Shown here: positions 14,501-26,760 of the stretch, in pieces
Numbering within the stretch: position 1 is the first letter of the stretch
Layout of the letters: every line of letters starts with the position of its first letter
NCBI RefSeq assembly: GCF_009914755.1
Contig: NC_060928.1
DNA length: 64,000 nt
Direction: 5' to 3' (one strand)
Source of the DNA: the human T2T-CHM13v2.0 reference genome, Homo sapiens
Program-made: the position numbers and the translations under genes
Notes under the pieces: generated by a model
The model's database searches: none
Seen by the model: the letters and a program-made list of their open reading frames with translations, nothing else
Told to the model about the DNA's origin: nothing

Positions 14501-16658
14501 GGATCAGGAATAGGATTTAAAGCTCACGCAGCTGGCAAGAGTAGGCCTGATGGTTTATTTTCCCACTTTGGCTGGATTTACCTTTCCTACTAATGCAAAA
14601 TAACATGGTCAAGTTAAATTACATCAGAGAAACACATGCTTTAATGAACAAAATTACAGATATTAAAATCAAGTACAACACATGATATTTTGAAATAGAG
14701 AGGCAGCTTCTGGAAGGTCACAGGAAATACATATAATATTCGTAAGAGAGTCCCTTACTCATGGAAAACCTGTCAAATGTATCGGAAATTATTTTGAAAA
14801 TAAGAGGAAGCAAATGATGGGCTTTAGGGTTAAATCACATGTTATCAGGGTCATTCTGGAGTCACAGAATCTATTTTTCAAATTAACTCCTTGATATTTC
14901 ACTGATTATGGGAGAACAATGAGTTATCTTTAAACCATTCACCCTAACAACCTACAGTCTTACAAAAGTACCCTCAATCTTAAATTTAATGGTTTCCCTG
15001 GGTCTAAAAAGTTTCTATATGTTTGTAAACTATTTTGCTTAAGACCGTTTTGTGGCTGAATTCAGTCAGCATGTTTGAAGGAAAACTCCAATGGTAATAA
15101 ATTCGTGTATCTACATTAGAAATGCCTCTTACTGTACTGTACTGTACCACATCGCGTCCCTCTTCATGCCAACACTGACTGACAGGCCAGAATGGAAGCT
15201 TCCTTCGTCCATTCATTCATGCTGCTTCCAACTGTGTGATTGTTTATATTGAAGCTGACAGCTCCACCCTCAGTACAAGGGGTCTTGGAGGGTTTTACTG
15301 AAGTTATTAAAGTTTGGAGGTGGCAGATAGACATCATCTTTAACTGTTCTATGTGGAGGTGGTGGGGAAAGGGGAAACATTGCTGAACACTGAATCACTA
15401 TTCTAAGATCTTTCCAACATGAAAAGGCAGCCCTTTCTGTCTGAATAGTGAATCTTGATAGGGCAATATAAGGAAGCCTTTGAGAGTACTGTTTAATTCT
15501 TCGTGGAGAAAGTAGTGAGTTCCTGGTGCACGTTCTTGAACACAGATAGCCTTGCACTTACAGCCTATGTAGAAAGCCTATGAAGAGCTGTTCTTATTCA
15601 CCAAACTAACAGGAGCATTGGTAAAGAGAATCTGAACTCTTTAGAAAAATTGTGTATGCTGCCTAAAATACATTTTTCAAAATAAGTAATGTTTTGGCAT
15701 AATGTATTTTGCATTTCTTAATATAAATATTGTCAGCATACACTGACTGGTAATCTGTGGGGTTAAGAGTATAATTTTTTTTAATTTGTAAAGGAGATAA
15801 TTCTTATGCACATAATTATATTCATTTTTACAGTCCAGTTTCAAATAAAAAAGTGTGAATTGATATGTTCTATGTGCATTTAATAACATATTAGTTGCTC
15901 TCTAGGATAAATTGTATGGAGCTTTAAAATATTAGCTAATTTACCATCATATCAAAAATCCATGGTAAGTTGGAGCTCAATCTTTAATTATGACAATGTG
16001 CTATTATTACATTACCTCTCAACATGGATATGGAATCTGCTACAATCTAACCCAAACGATTGGGTGTTTTTTGTTATCCTTACTGTCTTTATAGGCTGTG
16101 ACCAGCCAGCTGATGAGGCTATAGGTACTGGTTTAGTCCCTAAATGAGCCAGCTGGCACAGGCCAGATCTTTGGCCTAGACTGCATCCCTGTTCTGAGCT
16201 AACCATCTTACAAATGTCTGCTCTAATTCTCCAGGGTGATGGGGTGAAAGATGGGTTAGTGAGAATCCACTGTGACTACTGCACTAACAAGTCAGTGCAT
16301 GTCAGCCTGATGGAGCAGTCACAGTGTTTCCCGTATGAAGAGTAGCACCCGAGGTATGATTAACTCAGAATAAATGACAAGAGGCTTTTAGGAAGAGACA
16401 TTTGGGCTGGCAGCAGAGTTATTTTTAATTATTGAATAAGGTAACAGCTCAAATGCATATTTGTGAATAGTGATTCTTTTGTGTTTTATTTTAGTTGCTC
16501 TAAAGCAGCTAAAATAAGCACATTGTCTTTGTGAGTAAGTAAACTAAGACACAGAGAGTCACTATTCACAAATATAGTGAATATGTGCTACATAAATATA
16601 TTTTATCTAATCGTCATACGTGATCACAGTTTGAAACTTCTGCTTTATTCAAACTTAG

Positions 16659-16926
16659 GTACTCCACGAGGAAACTACAATTCCAGGAACAGATTTGAAA
16701 CTCTCCTACTTGAGTTCCAGAGCTGCAGGGTATAAGTCAGTTCTCAAGATCACCATGACCCAGTCTATTATTCCATTTAATTTAATGAAGGTTCATCTTA
16801 TGGTAGCTGTAGTAGGAAGACTCTTCCAAAAGTGGTTTCCTGCCTCACCAAACTTGGCCTATACTTTCATATGGGATAAAACAGATGCATATAATCAGAA
16901 AGTCTATGGTCTATCTGAAGCTGTTG
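16659..16926 (+). CDS. TENM3: TENM3 exon (268 nt): [17 protein letters not shown]...YGLSEAV
   Basis: Acceptor aaacttag|GTACTC, donor GTTG|gtaagt; ORF 16695..16991. Confidence 0.95.
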
Positions 16927-18251
16927 GTAAGTTCCATATAAATCTTTGCTGCAGTGAAGTTTTTCTCAAAGCCAGAACTATCATAAATTAATTGTAACCC
17001 AGGGAAGTCAGTGGATAAACAGAATATAAAGAGAATAAGGTTGTCCTAGGGATATTATACCTTGGCTGGTTTAGATCTACCGTGGGAAAAGGAATGTACT
17101 CCATGTGGCAAGAAGAAGAAAATATCAGCCTTTTCTGGCTGAAATTATGTTGTAGAGGAATTCTGTGAATGAGGTTTCAGCTTGTCACATCCTTTCTCCC
17201 CCCATGTTTCTTTCCTTATTTTGTCCCTTTCTTTTTCCATTTTCTTCTTCTCTTTATAACTTTACCTCCCTGGATTTCCTTATTTGTTTTTGTTTTCTGT
17301 GTCTAACACTAATGTAGTTTCAGTGCATACTGATGTTTAACAGGATAGCAGACATTTGTGTCCATGAATTACATCAGCTGTTTTCACTAGAACGGCCGGT
17401 TCATTCAATGAAAGGATAATCAAACCAGTTGTTTTATTGAATGACTGAACAGTGCAATCAAAGTGTGACATGTTGAGAGACAGACAGAGAGAAAGAGAAT
17501 AGGTATATAGTATAGCTTCAAGCTCAAGCTCAGAACATAAAAAACTAAAGAATGATATGTTTTTGTTTTAATTAGTATTTACCTTAAAATAGAACATTGT
17601 ACTCTGAAATTAATAGGTAATTTGGATTTGAATTAGTTCAAATCAATCCAGTAATTGCCACTTCTCCTTTCATTTTTTCTCAATTTTAAATTCCCTGTTT
17701 CATTGTGAACTCTGGAAAGCTTTTCATCTGTGGTTTATTCATATTACTGCTAGTTTGTTTATTTCTGATAATAATATGTCAGCATAATGTCATAATCTGG
17801 CTAGCTTTTTTGTTCCATTGAACCTTACTTATCATAAATATTTTCCATAATTTAACACTCTTGAGTGAAAACTAAAGAGTTCTAATTATTCAGATGGCAA
17901 ACGTTATTTTTAGTTGTTATCTAATCACTGTTTGAGACTGACTGATCTAATTACTTAACCGGCTGCCCAATCTGGACTTTATTTTGTGCTGTGAACCCCT
18001 CATGAAGGGGTGGTATGGGGAAAAAAACACTCATTTTCTATTAAATCAGTGGAAAATAACATTTGGAGATCTTTTTTTAAAAAAAAATCTTTGGTGAAAT
18101 CTTCTTAAATTAAAAAATAAACTGCTCATAAATAAGTGGAAATACAGTCTCAGAACACAGATGTGAAAAAGGCAGTTTTTTCCAAGTAAGAAAATAAATT
18201 GCATTTCCCCCAGTCGTTGGAAAGATGAGCTGTGATTTGTTTGGATTCCAG

Positions 18252-18395
18252 TGTCAGTTGGATATGAGTATGAGTCGTGTTTGGACCTGACTCTGTGGGA
18301 AAAGAGGACTGCCATTCTGCAGGGCTATGAATTGGATGCGTCCAACATGGGTGGCTGGACATTAGATAAACATCACGTGCTGGATGTACAGAACG
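18252..18395 (+). CDS. TENM3: TENM3 exon (144 nt): (V)[47 protein letters not shown](G)
   Basis: Acceptor ggattccag|TGTCAG, donor AACG|gtaagc; hand translation gives conserved teneurin GGWxLDKHH motif. Confidence 0.95.
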
Positions 18396-19610
18396 GTAAG
18401 CTCTTGTTCATAGATAACTGATGTTGTAATGTATTGTTCAGAGATAGCTAATGTTGCCCACTTTCCAACTCATGAGATTGTAGCAACATTTTATGCTATC
18501 CATGCTGTAGGATTAGAAATGGCAGAAAAAAAATAAAGGTGAATTTTTAAAGATTATAAAAGCCTAAAGTGGGAACTGTATAATACTTTCTTAATATACT
18601 TTAAAATGTTCATGAATTGATCGCCAAAATGATTTTCCCATTAGAATGTGAAAGACTGACTTTGGTGTTGTAATGGAAGATCTCTGAGTGGGAGTCGTCA
18701 GCACAGATTCACCTAGAGTGTCTCATTCTACAGTGAGTCAGTCAGTCAGTGAGTGTGAGCCAAAGTACTTTAGAAAGGTTTACCAAAAATGGAGGGAGGG
18801 GGGATTTGTTTTTAAAATAAAGAAAAAAAAATCATGTGACTTCACCAAAATATTTTTAGTAGATTTTAATTCTCGGGTAATTATTCTGAGTATCTAGATT
18901 TTTTTTTTTCAGTTCTTCTCAGACTATTAGGGAAATAAAACATTCTGCCACTCAAATGGGGTCACATATATTGTTACTTGACTTGGTGAATATTAGGGGA
19001 AAAAATGAATAATCTGAGAAAAAAGCAAGAATCAAAAGCGTTCCTAGGAGTAGACCTGATAATGTGCTAGTGAATATGCTCTGAAGAAACATGTTTCAAA
19101 TGCCGCAGACCAAAAGAGGAGTATTTGCAAAATATGACCAGCTTAATCTCATCAAGAATATTATTTATATGAAACACAATTCTGTTGTCTAGACTGTGTT
19201 TCCAACATTTTGCCCACATGCTAGCTGCATCTCAGACAACCTGAAGGGTGCTTTGCTGGAAAAGCAGGACCGTAAGTTAATCTATTATACTTTAGCATCC
19301 TGTCCTACACCATATCATACTAGTACTCTACTTTTACTGATAGCCAGAGAAAAAAGTCACAGTCTCAGCAAAATAATCTAACTCTTGACTTTGCAGAGGT
19401 TTTTGGAAGGTTCAGAATATTGACTTGACCATGTAATACAATTAAATGTTTATAGCTAATGGTCACTTTTTCATATTAATGTTGCTCCAGTGTTCATTCC
19501 TGCTTAAAACAATTTTTTTGTGTGTGAGTGTCAGAGAGGGTGCATTTTAACCTTCCAAATATATACAGAATAAAGTAGTTTTAAGACCATTACTTGAAAA
19601 TGCTCGTGCT

Positions 19611-20012
<402 letters not shown>

Positions 20013-20739
20013 TTATAGCAGTATATTAAGCTCTACACCCCTTCCAGTTACGTCCTGGACATCAGGATGCAGTTCAGTTTGCACCCCGAATTAAACAGAG
20101 CGGATAACTAGTGCCACGTGCAGCACACATTGAAAAGGTGGGACTCCTGACTAAGCAGGGGACTCCAGTGTTCTCTCAGAGCCTCTCTTAACTCATCAGT
20201 GGTGTCTGAAGCAGTAGTAGTTTCATTCTGTTATATTAGTAGCACAAGGTTCAATCATGGTCTTTTAAAATGCGAAGCCATATGGCAAACATGCTAGTAG
20301 CTGCTCTTGATGAAATTGTGTAAAATTATATTTCACACAGTTTGAACATATTTCTGTATTCCTTCAGAAGCCCTCTACAAACAAAACTAGGGGAAACGTC
20401 TCTAGATGCCATTTAGTTATGATGAGAGTATAGGGTAAAGTTCATAACCAGTTAGCTACAGGATTTCACTCAAGAGATTACGAATCAATAGGAAAACTAC
20501 AGGCATCTCTGTAGCTCCGAAAAAGCCCATGCCTCTGTAATTCACCATTGTATGATACAACACACGATATTATATTCAGGAGGATTCAGAAATATGTAGA
20601 TGTTCCGTATATGTATAATATAAATACACACATATTCTAAACCAGAATAACATATGGGTAACTTCTATTAAAATACCAGGGCAGATGTAAAAACCGAACT
20701 TTCCAAAATGCTGTCCTCAAAAAAAAATGTTCTAAATTA

Positions 20740-21062
<323 letters not shown>

Positions 21063-22562
21063 TTATTTTTAAATGTGAGATAACCTCAGCCACAGGGTGA
21101 ACAGATTGCAGTTTAGAATTTTATCCAAGAACATTTTGACAAGTAGTGGCTTTCCAAAGTGACATGTGTCTAATTGAATAAACAAAGTGATTTGTAGTCA
21201 TGACAAGGTGGATGAGCTATAGAAAGACATGGAGGAAGAAGAGAATACGGAAACGTAGATGCTGACAGTTATTCGTGCGGGCGCCCTGAAACATGGAAAT
21301 AAATATTCTCATGTTCATCTTTCTGTTCTGTCATCATAGAGAAGAAGCAGGAAGGGCCAATCGTTCAAAGTAATGACTGAATAAATCAGATGTTGTAGAG
21401 CGGTAGTCTGACTTGTAGGATTCTTCTGATGAAAATTACACAACTGGCTCTTATAGGAAATTATAGCTCCATAATTATCAACTAACGTAATCACAGAAAG
21501 AAGAATCTTAGATATCACTAATGCATTCTTTGAATATTCAAGGCAAAATGCATTTCACCTCTTGTTATGATCCAGCCTTATTTAGCTTATTTTTCTTAAA
21601 TTTGAATAAACCTGTTTTATTTTCCCTGATTTCTTTATGTAAATTTGCTATGATTATTACATCACCCAAATAGCAAAGCATTAAAGAAGTAATCACAGAA
21701 TGCACCTAAAATGTGCTGAGTTATAAGGAGAACATAATTATTCTAATTTCTTCTTCACTTTAAAATTATCCCGAAGTGGGGGGAAAAAGCACTTTCTCAA
21801 GTTTCCTGATTGTACTTTCGTGGGATTATTCTTTCAACAGTGTATCTGCTAAGAAGTAGGGCCATTATCTCTGAGAACTGCTTTGGAACATAGAACATTC
21901 AATAAATAGAATATATGCCGCTCTAAAGTCAAAGCAGCAGGTGGTGTATACAGATGATAACACATTGAGAAGTGTCATAAACTGTGCATGGAACAATAGC
22001 AGCTGACTACCCCGTGTGCATCACGCCAAACTGGAGGCACTGATCTGTATAGAGCAATGGCAAAAGCAATAAAATTACAATCTCAACTCAAATCTAATTT
22101 CTAACCATGAAAATATTTAATATTCATTTGGAAGCTTTTCTCAGATTTTCACTGAAGACCATAAAAGAGCAGACTGGCATTTTGTCTTGATAAAATTATT
22201 GGCACTTCCATGCCTTAAAGCAGAATTCACTGTAAATAATACATTGGCCTTCTACAACAGTTTTGTTATGTTCGACATTTTGAATAACCGCATGTATATG
22301 CATTCTCCTATCGGATGAGAGTGTACGCAGGAATAGTCTTTGACAGGATAGGTAGAGTTAAAATAAGCCTGTATTATCGTTACAGCTTTGGAGTTTGATG
22401 TCTATTTTCTACCTTTGTTTTCCACAAAGTTTGTTAACTTTAAAGAAAATTATAAATTCAAAAGAAATTTGTATTCCTGGTTCACATTTTTATTGACTGA
22501 ATATTTTCAATATTGATTAACAATGAGGCAAACTTGTTATTCCCTAAAGAACATTATGTAGA

Positions 22563-22740
22563 GCCTGTTCTCAAACCTGGTTGCACGTTAAGATCATCTG
22601 GAGAGTTTTTCTAAATTTCAGGGCTAAGGCTGCACCTCAGACAAATTAAACCACCATCTCTCTGGGTGAGAACCAGGCATTAATATTTTTTGGCAACTCC
22701 CCAGGCCATTCCAGTGTATAGCCATGACTGATCATCACTG
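22563..22740. mobile_element. MER5A-like hAT remnant
   Basis: gttctcaaacctggttgcacgttaagatcatctggagag...ctccccagg...catcactg. Confidence 0.7.
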
Positions 22741-23027
22741 ATGTTGAGAATTGGGGTTTTAATTCTTCTCAGGCTTTTGTTCCTTTCACCAGACATGATT
22801 TCAGTTCACAGTAGACAGCACTGTTGGTATATATCCTATGGACTTTATCGTGTAATATTTTACACTAGGTAGTTGAATACAATTCATTCCAATGGAGCTT
22901 CAAATAAGAATGTCTTAATCCAGACCTGACAGGCATTGAATTATAGTTAAAACAATCATGAACATGTTTGCTTTTCATCTTTACACTTTTTCATCATAAG
23001 AAAAACAATGCACTTTATTTCTTCTAG

Positions 23028-23277
23028 GTATACTGTACAAGGGAAACGGGGAAAACCAGTTCATCTCCCAGCAGCCTCCAGTCGTGAGTAGCATCATGGG
23101 CAATGGGCGAAGGCGCAGCATTTCCTGCCCCAGTTGCAATGGTCAAGCTGATGGTAACAAGTTACTGGCCCCAGTGGCGCTAGCTTGTGGGATCGATGGC
23201 AGTCTGTACGTAGGCGATTTCAACTACGTGCGGCGGATATTCCCTTCTGGAAATGTAACAAGTGTCTTAGAACTAAG
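23028..23277 (+). CDS. TENM3: TENM3 exon (250 nt): [12 protein letters not shown]...VTSVLEL, start of NHL beta-propeller
   Basis: Acceptor tttcttctag|GTATAC, donor CTAAG|gtacgt; ORF 23084..23356. Confidence 0.95.
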
Positions 23278-23935
23278 GTACGTCTTTCCTAAATTTGGGC
23301 TTTTAACCAAAGCTAAACGTGCCTCTTTAAAAAAAAGGTTGAGTCTGATGTACTGATTTATTCATAGAAAAATACCATCCTAAGGTTTAAAATTTCCCCC
23401 AGAAAGAAGTCAAATTCTTGCTTAAAGTTAAGAGAAGCATAACACATATAAATTGTCCCATAAGTGTATTAAAGAGCATAAAGTCACCCAATATATCAAA
23501 TATCTTACTGATTTCAGTGAATTTTCTGTGCTCTAAAAGGCTAGAGCTATGATTCTTAAATCTCTTTCGCTTTCTTTAGAATAACCCTGTGACATAGGTG
23601 TAGCTCTTTTATTTCATAGTGGTTGAAATTAAGGCATAAAATATTTTCCTATGATTTCAGGACCTGATATTAAATGGACTAAGGCTACAACTTTTAACTA
23701 GAATATTGGATCTTCAGGTTGGGTTAATCCATTAGCCATAATGCCAATAGTAAAAGTAACATATTGTCTTTGCTTTGTTCATTTAAGTGTGACTTTCAAA
23801 TCATTCTATTCTGTAAGTTATTTGGTAAGCCCTAGACTACAGAATTCATTTCCAGTATCATTTCTGCCAAGTTGGCAATTTTCCATACAAATAATTAAAA
23901 TCTCAGAATTCAACTCATTATATTTTAGAAGGCTT

Positions 23936-23948
23936 TTCTAACTGTGCT

Positions 23949-23979
<31 letters not shown>

Positions 23980-24004
23980 CCTTTTTTTATCTGCTTCCAC
24001 CAAG
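23936..24004 (+). promoter_or_regulatory. Microexon 3' splice region: CTAAC branch candidate, T27 tract, UGC motif
   Basis: CTAAC 23938-23942, T run 23952-23978, TGC 23992-23994, AAG acceptor. Confidence 0.7.
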
Positions 24005-24025
24005 AAATAAAGATTTTAGACATAG
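24005..24025 (+). CDS. TENM3: Alternative 21-nt microexon inserting RNKDFRH into the NHL domain (teneurin NHL splice insert, 'site B')
   Basis: Long T tract + ctgcttccaccaag|AAATAAAGATTTTAGACATAG|gtaagc; phase 2-2; peptide resembles the known TEN2 NKEFKHS insert. Confidence 0.92.
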
Positions 24026-25349
24026 GTAAGCATCTTACCTTAAGGTTATTGTATATTTTCAAATATCCTTTTTACATTTCAATGTGACCCTCTGAAATTG
24101 TTTTCTAAGAATATTTCATCATGAGAGAGGAAACTCAGTATCACAGATCATCGAAGGAATTAAAAGTGCTTAATTGAACAATTATTATACAATATATTGC
24201 GAGTTATTTACGTGATATAATTTGAGAAATCTTTCTCAGTTGGTTCATAAAATAAATTTCATTACAAAAAAGTATAAGGAATATCTCTCTATAACAAAAT
24301 TATTTCCAAGCATTAGTTACTGACCGACACAATCTAAGCCATGTTGAACAGCATGAAACCTGAAGCACAGTAAGGAGGTTTGAGAAGGCCTGCCTGGTTC
24401 CAAGAAAACCCCTGACAGGTTGGGTTTTATTGGAGACTGTTTAAGAAAAAGAATCTAGAAATATTTTACCTTGGCAAATTTTTTAAAACATACGATTATG
24501 TGAACATGTGGCTTGGCAGAGTGAGAGGCCCCAAAACTGAAGCTTAATTATTAGCTTCCCGTAAATTCCTCTTTGCCTATAGTTTATATTTTCCTAAGTT
24601 GGGAGAATTACTAGATTTAAGAAGTAATGTTTTCATTGCCATTATTATGGAGGAAATGACTTTCTTCAAAGTGAAGGACGAATATAGTTGAAGCAAATAT
24701 ATAGACTCAGAAGTGTTTCATGTCTGCTTTCTGTGTACACGTAGCTGCAGAAGATACAATAAAGACTTGTATGGACACATTTGATTGAAAAACTTTGCTC
24801 GGGATAGAAAAAAAAAGGCGGAGGAAACCAATGTTTTAAAGTAAAGCTGGCAAAAAGCTAGACAGGTTAGACATGCTAGATCTAGTTTGGTCATTAAAAT
24901 ATCTAATGAAATGATATCAGATAGAAATATTAATAATATTTTATGTGAGGTCTTTTAGATGAATAAGTCAACATAACCCATTTAAACTGTTGTGTAGTGA
25001 TTAGCAAACAAAAACCAAACTAGCAAACAAAAACCAAAGTTCTACTGAAAGATGGATAGCTGTCGCATATCAGGGTGACCAAACCTGGCCCCATGATCTT
25101 TTCCTGAGATCCCCTATTGATCTTAAACTTGCAGCTAATAGCTCAGTCACATGCTAAAATCAACACTTCATCTCCCCAGGATACTGAGCGTGCAAAGCTC
25201 TGCTATTAGAAACCACAATAGAATTTCAAAAACTTGCTGGTCTTGTTTTCTTGGTAGCTGTGGAGAAAAGAGGAAAGACAGACAGGTTGCACACCAAGTA
25301 AATGTGAAAATGCTGGAGGCAATACAGAAAAAACTATCAAAGCAGCTAC

Positions 25350-25560
25350 CTTTTAACAAGCGGGCCTATTCCATGCCGGGCATGGTGCCAGATATTTTAT
25401 ATCTGTTATTGCAGATCCACACAGCAACCCCTCAGGGTTATAAGTGACGTAGTAGAGGCTCCAGGAGATTATGTATCTTCCCCAAAATACATATCTAAGA
25501 AATGGGTAGCAGACAGTTAAACCACTCTAAAAATATGTTCTTTCCACGGCACCACACAGC
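25350..25560. mobile_element. MIR fragment
   Basis: ggcctattccatgccgggcatggtgcc...cacagcaaccc...gaggctccaggaga. Confidence 0.5.
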
Positions 25561-25909
25561 CGGTTTTTCTGTGTCCCAGTGGCCAAGATTCTAGGGGCTC
25601 ATTCCCTGGGTATGCAAAAAGCAAGACTTATTTCACAATCATTTTACCTGTTATTTAAAGCCATAATCTCTCCCTCTGGAAAAAAAAAAAAAATCTATGA
25701 GGTTAGAGTTACGTCTTTATTAACAGTAGAAATTCATTTTGTACTAACTCCTGGTGTTTGGCAGTGATACTATTGTAATCCCTCTCTCATGATCCTCCAT
25801 AATCCTTCTCCTCTGTCCATCATCCTAACTACATTTGTGCTTCTGCATTTCCTTTATGTGCCATGCATGAAGAGTACACTTTTTGGGTTTTATATGGATA
25901 TTTAATTAC

Positions 25910-26760
25910 ATGAAATCAATCAGCGTTAACTGATCACTTACCGTGTGTTAGGCACTTTGAAAAATAATAATATAAGACAAAATACCTCCTCTCAGAACTC
26001 ACAATCTAGCAGAGGAGACAAGGTATATATGTGACACCTTAAATAACATTATCAGTATCATTCTTTGACACTTAATCATACCCGTGGTCCGTGGTTTCAA
26101 ATGTGAGAATAGTTCTGTAAAGGAAGAGATTACTGGGAGATGGCACTACGGTAAGGAAACATTTTCTGGAAGGGCTGATATTTGAGCTAGGTCTAAAAAT
26201 GAAGTCTGCTTAAATAGAACAGCAAGAAGAAAAGAGGGCAGTCATGAAGAAAGAGAGAAAGCAAGTAAAGTTACTGGAGACTGGGGGAGAGCTGAGCAAG
26301 ACATGTTCTGAGAGTAATCAGACCCACCTGAATGGAACAGGGGGTTCATGGTGGTAATCACGAGAGATACAGGCAGAAAGGCAGGGGAGGGTCAGATTGC
26401 TTGGGGCCTTGAGGGCTCTAAGGAATTATTCTCTCCTATAGGATACCTGAGACAGTGGGGACCCATTTTAGGATCCTGAACAAGTGGCACACTCAAAGTG
26501 GCCTTTTAGGAAGAGTAATTTGGTGTCAGAGTTCAAAATGATTGAACATCAGATCAATTAGAAAGCTGTTGCAGCTTGAGATGCTAGATACCTAAAACAG
26601 GATGGTTAGCAGTGAAGAAAGCCAAACGATAAAATAAACGGAAGGAGAGAATGGAGAGTATTTGTCTAAGTGATAAGAAAGAGGAAGATGTAGAGAATGT
26701 GTAAGGTCTTTGAGCCCAAATCATCAAACATGATCATGTCATTGATAAAATAGGGATTCC
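25910..26760. mobile_element. L2 fragment
   Basis: cacttaccgtgtgttaggcact...tcacaatctagcagaggagaca...tttgagctaggtct. Confidence 0.55.

Noticed and set aside
25002-25039. 19-bp tandem duplication (similar one at 40836-40870)
   Set aside because: Ordinary slippage duplications with two copies only; no array or CRISPR-like spacer structure.
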